From NCBI GenBank assembly GCA_963832745.1, contig CAWHVC010000001.1, positions 640,001 to 704,000 on the forward strand: DNA of 64,000 nt. Direction: 5' to 3'. The notes under the pieces were generated by a model that did not search any database, had not been told where the DNA came from, and worked only from the letters and a program-made list of their open reading frames with translations. The translations under genes were made by a program, and so were the position numbers. Position 1 is the stretch's first letter. The number at the start of each line of letters is the position of its first letter. Shown piece after piece: positions 29,626 through 39,476 of this stretch. This DNA is from Candidatus Bathyarchaeota archaeon (lineage in GTDB: Archaea > Thermoproteota > Bathyarchaeia > Bathyarchaeales > Bathycorpusculaceae).

Positions 29626-30567
29626 TTAGTCAGGCAATTCAAGATTTAACTGTTTTTTAAGGGTTTTATAGCGGTTTCGCACTGTAACTTCTGTTACGCC
29701 TGCAGCTTCAGCAATGTCTTTTTGGGTTTTCTTTTCATTGTTCTGTAAACATGCAATGTAAAGGGCAGCAGCAGCAAGTCCCATCGGGTCTTTGCCGGCG
29801 GCAGCACGTTTGCGTCTTGCTTCTCGCAGAATGTTTATGGCTGCGCCTTGAGTTTTTCCAGAGATTCCAGTTTTTTCTGCAATTTTTGAAACATAAGTTA
29901 ATGGGTCAGCAATTGGCATGTGCACTTCAAGTTCTCGTAGAAGTAACCGGTAACATCTTGCAACATCTTTCTTGTCAACAAGACTTGCCTCAGCGATTTC
30001 ACGTAGTGTACGTGGTGTTCCGCTTCCACGGCAAGCAGCATAAAGGGATGCAGCTGCGATGGCGGCGATTGATCTGCCTCGAACGAGACCCTTGTCAAGT
30101 GCTTTTCTGTAAACGACGGCTGCTTTTTCTTTAATTGGTGGCGGAATGTAGACTTTGTCAGATAGACGGTCTAGTTCGGCCATTGCTTGTGCGAGGTTTC
30201 TGTCAATGGATGAGTGGACTCTGCTTCGGATTTGCCATTTTCTTAGACGCCACATTTGCAGCCTTGTGGATAAGGGCAGTTTTCTTCCGAAAGCGTCCCT
30301 GTCTACTTGGCTAATAGCTGTTGATAAGCCTTTATCATGAACTGAGTAAGATGTTGGAACACCAACTCGACTTCTGGAAGCTTTTTCTTCTTGTGTGAAC
30401 GCGCGCCATTCAGGTCCTTTATCCATCATTTGTTCGTATAAGACCAGGCCGCAGTCTCCGCAGACGGTTTCGCCGGTATCGTAATCGTGGACTAAGTTGT
30501 CACTACCGCATTCGGGGCACTTGTCAGCTAAGCGCTGTGATGTCTTGGGTGCTTCTTTTTTGCTCAA
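29626..30567 (-). CDS. tfb: Transcription initiation factor TFB
   Basis: CPECGS...CGDCG Zn ribbon, GPEWRAF B-reader, two cyclin repeats, GVTEVTVRNRY. Confidence 0.97.
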   Translation of the reverse strand: MSKKEAPKTSQRLADKCPECGSDNLVHDYDTGETVCGDCGLVLYEQMMDKGPEWRAFTQEEKASRSRVGVPTSYSVHDKGLSTAISQVDRDAFGRKLPLSTRLQMWRLRKWQIRSRVHSSIDRNLAQAMAELDRLSDKVYIPPPIKEKAAVVYRKALDKGLVRGRSIAAIAAASLYAACRGSGTPRTLREIAEASLVDKKDVARCYRLLLRELEVHMPIADPLTYVSKIAEKTGISGKTQGAAINILREARRKRAAAGKDPMGLAAAALYIACLQNNEKKTQKDIAEAAGVTEVTVRNRYKTLKKQLNLELPD

Positions 30568-30896
30568 CTTTCTCTACTCCTTTTACGGGTTTTGCGTTAT
30601 GACCTTCACTGTTGGCCTTTCAGGCTGAAGAAAACTGTACATTCGGTCCGCGCAAACTAAGCAGATGAACAGATTTAATATAAAAACTTTGTGGTCTTAT
30701 TAAATCTATCGGACACGTAATTTAACAAAAATCAACACATACTAAAATCACTCTATGGAAAAGCTTAAACAAAAATGTTTACCAAACAAACACACTTTCC
30801 CACAAGCTTCACCCAATTCCACGGGAACGCTTATTAGGAAAAAAAGCGTCCTTACAACTCTAACAATAAATAACGCGCCCACTAAAACAGGAGTGC

Positions 30897-30972
30897 AGCC
30901 CGGTGGTGTAGTGGTCAAGCATAGTGGGCTTTGGACCCGCCGACGAGAGTTCGAATCTCTCCCGGGCTACCA
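30897..30972 (+). tRNA. tRNA-Gln (anticodon TTG)
   Basis: Acceptor AGCCCGG/CCGGGCT, anticodon arm GTGGG-CT-TTG-GA-CCCGC, GAGAG-TTCGAAT-CTCTC T-arm, ends ACCA. Confidence 0.95.
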
Positions 30973-31858
30973 ATATCTCTCGTAGTCTTTTAGAAGAGAA
31001 AATAGTAAAAGCACTCTGGGACTTGCGTGTTCTTAGTTCTAAGAGTCAATCGACTTATGCGAAGAAAATTAAGTACTTAAGCAAACATGTTAACATTGAG
31101 AATTCGTTTGAGACAGAAAAATACATTCTATCATTGAATGCAAGCAAGTATAAGTCAACTTTGCTAATGGCTTACATGCACTTTTGCAGAAGCAATGCTA
31201 TTGCTTGGACTCCGCCAATTTTGAAGACTCAGTCTATGCCTATTGCTGTTCCGACTGAAGAGAGAATTGATAAAATCATTGGTAGATGCTCGCTTAAGTA
31301 TATTGCAACTTTTCAAATAAGTAAACATGGCTTGAGACCAGATGAGATTTCCAAGATAGTTTTAAGAGATATCGATTTGCAAAGAGGACTACTGTAAGAA
31401 CATCAAAACTCGGAGCAGAAAGAACAATAAAACTCAAAGAATATGCAACCGACAATCTAAGAGCATACATACAACGAAAAAACATCACACGTTTGGATTC
31501 AGCATTATTTTCTAAACCGAGTATTCTTCGAGACCAATGGAACTTATACAGGAAGCGAGCGTACTTGAATTTTAGAGACCAAGAATTGCTTAAGATGATT
31601 TTACGATTTACGACACTTGTTTGCAACAAAGAGTATTTGAAAAGCAGAGACATCTTTCACGTAAAATACTTAATGTGCCACAGAGACATCAAAAGTACGC
31701 TAATCTACATGCACATCGCAAAAGGGCTCAGCAACTACTCAGAAGATTATACTTACAAGATAGCTAAACGTATAGATGAAGCAATGCAATTGGTAGAGCA
31801 AGGTTTTGAGTACATTACAGAAATAGATGGCATCAAGCTGTTTAGAAAACGAAGGTAA
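30948..31858 (+). CDS. int: Tyrosine integrase, C-terminal part int(C); frameshifted
   Basis: Reading frame runs through att (SSNLSRA). HGLRPDEI (Arg), YDLRH recoverable across a frameshift, LMCH...STLIY (His/Tyr), C-terminal GFEYITEIDGIKLFRKRR. Confidence 0.85.
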
Positions 31859-32165
31859 ACTAAGACATGGCTTCACTGCAAATCTGAAAAATTCCATTAT
31901 ATTATTATTTCAATGAAAATTATTCGATTCCTTCCTTACTTTTGTCTTGTCTCGAGCATTGTGAATGCTTGTGAAATGTAAATCTACCTTTTAATCGCCT
32001 TATTGCTTCTCCAGAGCGTTTCTACATGCCTGTGAAACGTTCAAACCCATCTCAAAAGACATGTTTACCAACTCAGGATTACAAATCTACTGCATTTATT
32101 CGTATGGTCACATTGCAGAGCTCAGAGAAATTTTTAGTGACTCTAAAAAAAGGTCAGACTGTACA

Positions 32166-33185
32166 TTACTCTCGCACAACGCGTTCATTATTAGACGTGT
32201 CTGCGCTACATGAATCTATGTCGTTAGGAGATGCCACAATTTCTGTGATATATAACCAAGAGTTGCGCCAACCTTTTGAGGATTTACTGAGGTACTCTTG
32301 GGGGTATTGATAGATAACTCTACAATCAGGATGTTCTATTGCAAAAAAGCAACTACCCAATGACATGGGTTTTGTCCCGAGCGGTGCAATTGAGAAATTA
32401 TATTTCTCGTTATATTCATAATATATGTCTTCTAAAACATCTCTTGTCTCGAAGGGGTCTATTGCTGGAGCATAAGTCAAATTCTTAAAAATTTCTTCAT
32501 CAATCAATAATTCCTTGTTGTTCAAAATACTCATGTCTTTGAAAATCGGTTGATACGCTGGGAATCCGTTAATAGGGATTGTTAGATCAGGGTTAATTTC
32601 ATTGTTAATAGCTACGGACCTACTTCCTTCAAAACCAATGAGTATAGCTAAGGCATCTTTTTTACGAGGAGTTCGCTTGCCTGAGTAACTGGGCAGGTCT
32701 TTTGTATCTACTGTACCTTTGGTAAGGTTACTATATGTTTCAGGCTCTGTATAAATGAATCCAAGTCTATTTGTAGTAACGGTTGATAAGTGCTTAATTA
32801 GTAGGAAAAAATAAGGTTTTACCATAACCGAAAAGTCAACAACAATGTTTTTGTGGTCAAATTTTTCATAATTAGCAACAAGATACCGTTTGAACTCTAA
32901 TAAACCACTTATTTCATTGTACAGATCGACTTTAAGCTTTAAGTCCGAGGGCTTAATTTTAAACGATTCATCGAATTCGTCCTCACTTGGTGTTTTACCC
33001 GATGCTAAAACTTCGTTAAAATAGAACAAAATTTTGGTTGTAGGACGAATGCCACATTCTTCCAGAATTTTCAATCCCCGAATGTATCGCTCTTCACCGC
33101 TAATTGCGCCGATAAAAACATCGACCGTTTCGAAGTATGAACTTAACTTATTTGCAGAATCGTAAACACCATTTATATGAACCAT
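32166..33185 (-). CDS. Hypothetical protein with two Rossmann/CARF-like halves; last gene of a putative defence operon
   Basis: Parallel motifs IVVDFSVMVKP...FIYTEP and FSIAPLGTKP...VIYQYP; starts 1 nt after the ATPase stop. Confidence 0.6.
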   Translation of the reverse strand: MVHINGVYDSANKLSSYFETVDVFIGAISGEERYIRGLKILEECGIRPTTKILFYFNEVLASGKTPSEDEFDESFKIKPSDLKLKVDLYNEISGLLEFKRYLVANYEKFDHKNIVVDFSVMVKPYFFLLIKHLSTVTTNRLGFIYTEPETYSNLTKGTVDTKDLPSYSGKRTPRKKDALAILIGFEGSRSVAINNEINPDLTIPINGFPAYQPIFKDMSILNNKELLIDEEIFKNLTYAPAIDPFETRDVLEDIYYEYNEKYNFSIAPLGTKPMSLGSCFFAIEHPDCRVIYQYPQEYLSKSSKGWRNSWLYITEIVASPNDIDSCSADTSNNERVVRE

Positions 33186-33186
33186 T

Positions 33187-35226
33187 TTATTCCCCTACGA
33201 AATCCATTATCGAGGCATTTAAGCTCAAGTTTATTCGACTTTCTCGGCTCAGTCTATTTCGTGTAACCTCTTTTTCCCTCTCGGTTCCAAAAATTAACGT
33301 TTCAAGATCTTCCTTGCTGAATTGACGAATCCTTCCTCTTAATCTATAAGAAATACTGAAATAAGGTGCCAAAATATGGTTTAGGACATAAACATTGATC
33401 AAGGGGTCGGTTGTTGCTTTTCCTTTCATTGCCTTTTTCGGTTGGAGAACTGACCATTGAACTGCACAATTCAGAACTTTTCTAGCCTTTTCTGATAACG
33501 CCTCATTGTCAACGCAGAAATATGTAACTTCAGGTTCAGAAAGAACAGGGTCATTTTGCCATGAGTAAAATATTGCACCAAGCTGTTTAACAAGCGATTT
33601 TATCTCGTTTCCCCATTCTGGTATCCGTTCTATCATATCCATGTATCTTTCAGCACGAATAGTTGCACCATCCGTTTGAGCTTCAAACGACATCTTTCCA
33701 TCTTTTATTAATGAGGTTCGATCCGAGAATAGCGCAATATTAAAACTCTGATAGCATAGTTCAAGAAAATTACGAATGATTCCAGATGATAGCATGCAAT
33801 AAACGTTGAAACCGGCGTATTGCTTTTGGGTGGGTTTATTTAAACTGACTAATTGAAAAAGCAATGATAACTTGTTTTTGTCGTAAAGATTGGCATACTT
33901 TTTAAATTCCAAAGATTCCCTTTTCCCGCTAATATAAGAGGCGAACATTTTAGCGATAACTTCTGGCTCATAATTCCTACGCAGCAATAACAGGTTTAGC
34001 ATTTCCAACAGTGGTTTTTTGTCTATTAGACTATTGAATATGGCGTCTAAGGATTCGTCAAGACGATGTTTTTTATTTAAAACTTTTCCAATTTCAACGA
34101 CATGTTTTGTTTTAAGATATTGATCTAATGGATATTGATCAATTTCATTTTGAGTTAACTTTTTGTTAAATACAATTATTGTCGCTTCATCCTCTACAGG
34201 AAACTCGCCAAGAATACTTTCAATATCAGTAAACCCTTTTTCCTGCAATTCTGGAATATGTTCCAAGCGTCGCTTAGCAATCATCTTCAACAAATTTCTA
34301 TACTCTTCATTATGGGACATTAGCACATCTTCAAATCTTATCCGCCTATAATCGGCGTCTTCCATCAAAAATTCGCCCACGTTCAAGGTATCACATGTTT
34401 TAAAACCCTTTAATCTCGTGCCTATTCTAAAGGTAACAAAATTTTTGGTATGCTTGAATAATGTATTAATAATTTTCTGCTGTTGGTACTGCAAATTTTC
34501 ATACTCATCTAGTAATAATATTATTCTTTTTCCATGAAATTCGGGAAGATTTTCTTGCAAAATTTCAGGAATACCAAAAATTAGCTTCCCTGAACGGATG
34601 GGGTGCCCAGAGAAAGTTGTTTCCGTAGAAAGTGCAGCACAGTTAATAAAATCAAAGATTCTTTCAAGCTCTCGTTGGAAAAAGTCAATAGCAAAATCTA
34701 ATGAAGGCTCTTCTTGGATGATAATAGATTCATCCACTAACTTTAGAATTTCAGTGAGTATTTTTATTTCTTTACTTTTCTCGATATCGATGCACTGATT
34801 TTCCTTAAGATTCTGCCACAACATAATCATTTTTTGCCCGATAGTCAATTCAAAATAATGTTTGAATAATGTCTCCCAACCTTCGGGACTTGTATGTCTT
34901 GAATCAAAACTTGCCAGACTAGGCCCATCAAATCTATGGTAAATACCAACGTAAAGGGTTTGATTTAGAAATCCTTTGCCATCACTATTTTCACTGACAT
35001 ACTCTTTAATTTTAATCTCATTTGACATCCATTTTAGAAGCATTGTTTTGCCTGTACCTCGACCGCCCTCAAAGATTACGGGAGTATCTCCGGTGAGGTC
35101 TATACCCATCGCTTGTACACCAAATACAATTTCAGGTTGTATCCAGTACTTCAAAACATCGTCATCACCCATCAAACTCGCGTTGAATGCAGCGAAGGGA
35201 TTTCTTAGGTTAAGTTCTTCTTTCAT
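33187..35226 (-). CDS. ORC/CDC6-like (STAND-related) P-loop ATPase
   Basis: NPF N-terminus, Walker A GGRGTGKT, Walker B LLLDEYENL, SSGIIRNFLELC, C-terminal winged-helix-like region. Confidence 0.75.
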   Translation of the reverse strand: MKEELNLRNPFAAFNASLMGDDDVLKYWIQPEIVFGVQAMGIDLTGDTPVIFEGGRGTGKTMLLKWMSNEIKIKEYVSENSDGKGFLNQTLYVGIYHRFDGPSLASFDSRHTSPEGWETLFKHYFELTIGQKMIMLWQNLKENQCIDIEKSKEIKILTEILKLVDESIIIQEEPSLDFAIDFFQRELERIFDFINCAALSTETTFSGHPIRSGKLIFGIPEILQENLPEFHGKRIILLLDEYENLQYQQQKIINTLFKHTKNFVTFRIGTRLKGFKTCDTLNVGEFLMEDADYRRIRFEDVLMSHNEEYRNLLKMIAKRRLEHIPELQEKGFTDIESILGEFPVEDEATIIVFNKKLTQNEIDQYPLDQYLKTKHVVEIGKVLNKKHRLDESLDAIFNSLIDKKPLLEMLNLLLLRRNYEPEVIAKMFASYISGKRESLEFKKYANLYDKNKLSLLFQLVSLNKPTQKQYAGFNVYCMLSSGIIRNFLELCYQSFNIALFSDRTSLIKDGKMSFEAQTDGATIRAERYMDMIERIPEWGNEIKSLVKQLGAIFYSWQNDPVLSEPEVTYFCVDNEALSEKARKVLNCAVQWSVLQPKKAMKGKATTDPLINVYVLNHILAPYFSISYRLRGRIRQFSKEDLETLIFGTEREKEVTRNRLSRESRINLSLNASIMDFVGE

Positions 35227-35240
35227 GGTTTATTCATCTT

Positions 35241-36140
35241 TCAGAATTTGTGCTTTCTTTTGAAAAGGGGATACCACTTCTCACCAGAGGTTTGTCTTTC
35301 ACCCCAAATCACTGGTAGGGTATTATCAGGTATGTTGTGGTGAAAACCAACAAGCGCTTGTGAGTCTTTATAGCCCAACGCATCTTCACCCTTAAAGATA
35401 TTGTTTCCATAATAACCACAAATTGATTTTGCAGAATTGCGCTCAGTAGGGTCCTGGAATACCCATGATGTGGAATCAAATACACGGTAGCTATTGTCCA
35501 GTACTTGAGGGCAAATGACGTCAAGCCCCGTATGGTTTTTAACTTTTTCAATTGCTTTCTGTAGTGCTATGAGCGCAATAAAATGAAATTTCGTCTGAGG
35601 ACATCGATTTTTAATTGCTAGCACTTTTTTGTCCCAAAAGTCGCATGTAGTTTTACCCGTTCCCAAAAAATCGTCGATAAAAACGATATTTAGAGTGGCT
35701 AATTCGTTTGGTGAATACTCGTTTGTCAGAAACGCGTTTGGTTCTACGAATTGCATGTATGACAGTCTGTTTTCTTGTCTAAAATTATACGTTAGCATAG
35801 CGCCACTTTCGCTTAAACGACCTATGCATGAAAACCGACAACTACTCGCAAATTGAGTTATTGCGCGCTCTGTATTTAACGAGGCGTATTGAGAAGGATT
35901 ATCGATAATCCTTTGGCGCTTAAGGAGAGAAAAAGCCGCTCTGCAAAGGTAGTTTATTTCCTTTTCACCATAGTAAATGAAATTTCTGAGTAATTGTATG
36001 GCAGTCTGTTTTTCAATCGCTGACTCACAATGTTGACCTTTGAAATTTTCCATCCATGCGTCAAATATAGCATTGGTCAACCTCTTTTCCCATAGGTAAT
36101 TGTTTTTATCAACGATTTCCATAAGCAATTTTTCGGGCAT
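35241..36140 (-). CDS. Phosphoribosyltransferase-fold protein, conflict-associated type
   Basis: PRPP loop IVFIDDFLGTGKT, SESG, LGY, HNIPDNTLPVIW, WYPLFKR; ATG 36140 lies 1 nt after the dcm stop. Confidence 0.75.
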   Translation of the reverse strand: MPEKLLMEIVDKNNYLWEKRLTNAIFDAWMENFKGQHCESAIEKQTAIQLLRNFIYYGEKEINYLCRAAFSLLKRQRIIDNPSQYASLNTERAITQFASSCRFSCIGRLSESGAMLTYNFRQENRLSYMQFVEPNAFLTNEYSPNELATLNIVFIDDFLGTGKTTCDFWDKKVLAIKNRCPQTKFHFIALIALQKAIEKVKNHTGLDVICPQVLDNSYRVFDSTSWVFQDPTERNSAKSICGYYGNNIFKGEDALGYKDSQALVGFHHNIPDNTLPVIWGERQTSGEKWYPLFKRKHKF

Positions 36141-36141
36141 T

Positions 36142-37235
36142 TCAAGATTCCCCCAAAGCAGTCTGCAATTGCATTCCAATCGCTTTTGCCATAATCGGCG
36201 GGACAGCGTTCGCAATTTGTTGTTGTTGTGCTCCCAAGTTTCCGTAGAAAATGTAATCGTCTGGAAAAGATTGTAACCTTGCGGCTTCTCTGACGGACAA
36301 CCCTCTGTGCTCTTCTGGATGAATTAGCATGTTCTTACGGAAATTACTTATTACTATCGAAGGCTCGTCCCATTTTAGTCTGTAGTAAATCCATCCATGA
36401 CAATTTTCAAGATTCTTGTAATTACTCATCATGGATTTTGGGAGACTTCGCCAATTGCCTCCTTGCGGTATCAACTTATACCTTGTTATGGCTAGTTCTC
36501 TATTTTTTGAAACTTTATTATTTGTGACAGAAGATACAGAATTTTTTTGTCTCATTAATTTTTGGTAATCTGAAAGATTAGTAGTCTTTTTATAAGCGAG
36601 AACTTCAGTCGGGTTCCCATTCTCCAATGACGGCAAATCGTCTATTGCCTGCCTAACTGTCACTAAGGGTTTCCCTAATGAATCAATTAGAGAAAAATAG
36701 CCACCCTTTGCGCCTACGAATATCACGCGCTTTCTTCTTTGAGGAACGCCAAAATTCTCACTATTAATCAACCAGTAGTTTGTCTGATAACCAAGCTTTT
36801 TACTAATTTCTAAAATATCTTGTAATACCGATCCATTTGCTAAGGATTTATCCCCTCAACATTCTCAAAAATGAACATTTTTGGAGATAAGTCAGCGACG
36901 ATTCGAAAATAATGTTGATACAAGTGATTTAGAGGATTCTGGAGGTTTCTACTTTTTCTGTTGGATGTAGAAAAACCCCTACAAGGAGGACCGCCAGCAA
37001 CTAAAGAAATTTCGGAATGTCGTAAACCGCCAATCTTGAGAATTTCTGTTGAATCCACTTTTGTTATGTCGGATTCTATTACGTGCATTTTTTCATGATT
37101 CATTCCAAGCGTTGTAGCCGCTTCATGATCAATCTCAACGCCAACTCTTAGGTCAAAACCTGCTTCTGACAAGCCATGTGATAACCCCCCAGCACCAGCA
37201 AATAAATCTACAGCTATAGGTTGCGAGTTAGCCAT
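36142..37235 (-). CDS. dcm: DNA (cytosine-5) methyltransferase; one-base frameshift near 36848
   Basis: FAGAGG, GGPPC, FENV, PQRRKRV, SVREAARLQSFPD, QIANAVPP. Adding one A to an A-run joins the two ORFs (EGIKSLANGSVLQDIL). Confidence 0.9.
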
Positions 37236-37324
37236 GGCATGATCCCGGATGAAACATCAATATACACGACAATCCTTTTATCGTTTTTTATGAGCATAAT
37301 AATCAAGATCATTAGGGTATTCTA

Positions 37325-37729
37325 ATGACCGACAAATTTAGTAAAGAGAAAAGAAGTCAAATAATGTCAAAAATAAGATCGAAAAATACAGACATTGAAA
37401 TTACCTTAAGAAATGGATTGGAAAAAAACTGCATAAAATTCGAATACCAGCCAAAGCTTTTCGGTAAACCGGATTTTCTTATACCCCCTAAAATAATTGT
37501 TTTTTGCGATAGCTCATTTTGGCATGGAAGAAACTGGCAGGAACTAGACAAAAAATTACCAAAAGGTTATTGGCATGAGCATATAAAACGTAACAAAGAA
37601 AGGGATGTATTAGTCAACAAGCAGCTTACTGATCAGAACTTCGTCGTTCTTAGGTTTTGGGATTTTCAGATTAAAAAGGAAACGGAGTCTTGCATTAACA
37701 AAATTAAAGACACCCTTAGCGCCCTCTAA
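37325..37729 (+). CDS. vsr: Very short patch repair endonuclease
   Basis: RSQIMSKIRSKNT, GKPDF, FCDSSFWHG, RD, VLRFWD; divergent from dcm. Confidence 0.92.
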   Translation: MTDKFSKEKRSQIMSKIRSKNTDIEITLRNGLEKNCIKFEYQPKLFGKPDFLIPPKIIVFCDSSFWHGRNWQELDKKLPKGYWHEHIKRNKERDVLVNKQLTDQNFVVLRFWDFQIKKETESCINKIKDTLSAL

Positions 37730-37966
37730 AACTTGATGCAAGAATGTAAATGACCATTAAAGGGGGTTTAAAATCACCAGTTTATTGCGCTACTCATTTT
37801 AGTACATGTGGGTACGTTGAAATTCGATAGGCAAAAAAGCTGTATAGGGAAAATCTTCCAACCATAAAAAACATTTTTTTGAAGTCTGTTAGGAATCAGA
37901 TAGCGGGATTTTTCTAACCAGTTTAAATATTGGAAGCAAGCAAGTAAATTAAAAGAGGGGCTGGGT

Positions 37967-39148
37967 ATGGGATTTGATGAATACCAATTTTTACGATATT
38001 TTATTCCAGGCAGTCTTGCTGTTATTTATATTGCCTTTTTCTTGGCCCCTTTTATAGGTGATGGGGTAATCAATAATTTTAAAGCAAGTCCAGAGGGCTT
38101 ATTAGGAATAGTGGGGGCTGCTTTTGGAGCAAGTTTAGCTATTGGATATGTTATTTACACGTTCTATGATACGTGCAGTTATAATAAAGCTGCTATGGAT
38201 TCGACGAAGCGACGAATACTACACTATCTTGAAAAACAAAAACCAGATTGGAAAAAACTTTCAGAATTTGAAAAGAAGGCGACATTGGATATGCTTTATG
38301 ATGCTTTTGATGATAGTTCAGTAAGTAATAGGGTTGCTTCAAAAGCACGCGGTATGTGGTCTCATTTCAATGCAAGAAAAGTTTGTGCAATATATGTTCC
38401 ATCTTTTTCAATTGTGTTTTCTGTTATCATAATTTTGTTTGCACATCTTATTAAACCAAATATTTTTGACTTTTCTAACTTGTATCGTTTCCTTTTACTA
38501 ATTCCTATCTGTTTGATAGTAGGTGCTGTCTCATATGTTTTGTATTATGGTGCGAATCGTCCCTATAGCGAGGCTACCACATTAGAGTATTTGTATATGC
38601 GAAGAGTTCTATCGAAATATGATAATGAATTCAACACAATGGTTGTTAATCTTAAGAAAGAAACCGATAGTAAGAATAATAACCAAGTAGAGTCTAATGA
38701 CAAAAATATGAGCTTAACTAAAAATGAAGAAATCGCAACGTATAGAATCGATTGGGCTCATCAAAGACAATTAGTAATTGTTGCTTCTTTGCTGGGTCTT
38801 GGCTTAGCGGTAGTTGAGCTTTTGTCTAATGGGTATAATGTTTTTGATAATATTGTCCTTAGAATGCTTTACTATACATTGTCAGCGCTCTTTTCAATTG
38901 GGGTTTATTCATTTTTTAAATTTGAAAAAGAAATTTTAAATTGGCAGTTTAAGCTTAGCGATGAGTGGAAAATAAAATTCGAAGATACTACATTCAAATT
39001 TTTCTTTTCAAAGGAAGGCTCTGATGTTAATTTGAAAAAAATAACAGTATTTTTGCTCTGTATAATTTGTTTATTTATTCTTATTGCATTACCCTACGCT
39101 GGGTATTTTTGTAAAAATCATTTGAATAATTTTTTATGGTTCACCTAA
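37967..39148 (+). CDS. Multi-pass membrane hypothetical protein
   Basis: 393 aa, about 7 hydrophobic segments in two blocks separated by a polar linker; very AT-rich. Confidence 0.65.
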   Translation: MGFDEYQFLRYFIPGSLAVIYIAFFLAPFIGDGVINNFKASPEGLLGIVGAAFGASLAIGYVIYTFYDTCSYNKAAMDSTKRRILHYLEKQKPDWKKLSEFEKKATLDMLYDAFDDSSVSNRVASKARGMWSHFNARKVCAIYVPSFSIVFSVIIILFAHLIKPNIFDFSNLYRFLLLIPICLIVGAVSYVLYYGANRPYSEATTLEYLYMRRVLSKYDNEFNTMVVNLKKETDSKNNNQVESNDKNMSLTKNEEIATYRIDWAHQRQLVIVASLLGLGLAVVELLSNGYNVFDNIVLRMLYYTLSALFSIGVYSFFKFEKEILNWQFKLSDEWKIKFEDTTFKFFFSKEGSDVNLKKITVFLLCIICLFILIALPYAGYFCKNHLNNFLWFT

Positions 39149-39149
39149 A

Positions 39150-39407
39150 CTAATTTTTCTCTGCTTGCGTTTCTCTTTCTTCTTTATCCCATTTTGCTTG
39201 GTCTTTTTCTGCTTGCTCAAAATCATCCTCAGTCAAATGCCTATGTGCATGAACCGAACAATTATAGGAATTAAGTTCTATACCATTGCATCTGAAAACT
39301 TCAATCAACTGCTTGTAAGTATAATGATGAACATGAAGTAGTAGGGTAAACGACTTGATTAAGCAGTCTGGGCTGGAACATATTTTGCAATTCTTCTGTT
39401 TCCTCTA
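39150..39407 (-). CDS. Small CxxC...HxxxH zinc-finger protein, absent from the ORF track; start codon damaged
   Basis: Open frame RKQKNCKICSSPDC...NCSVHAHRHLTEDDF...AEKN* (39404-39150) preceded by GGAGGTGA-TTCT-AG; a lost T would give ATG. Confidence 0.55.
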
Positions 39408-39476
39408 GAATCACCTCCATTTTAGAAAAACACTTGAGGGAGCGGCGCTGGTAGAGAACCGTCTGTTTCCAACCGG

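Noticed and set aside
30755-30985. 76-aa ORF and the GTG start at 30924
   Set aside because: Both overlap the tRNA gene; the integrase N-terminus is better explained by int(N) at 45759.
33187-35226. Chromosomal Orc1/Cdc6 initiator
   Set aside because: At 679 aa it is much longer, lacks recognisable initiator motifs beyond the Walker boxes and sits in a mobile-element operon.
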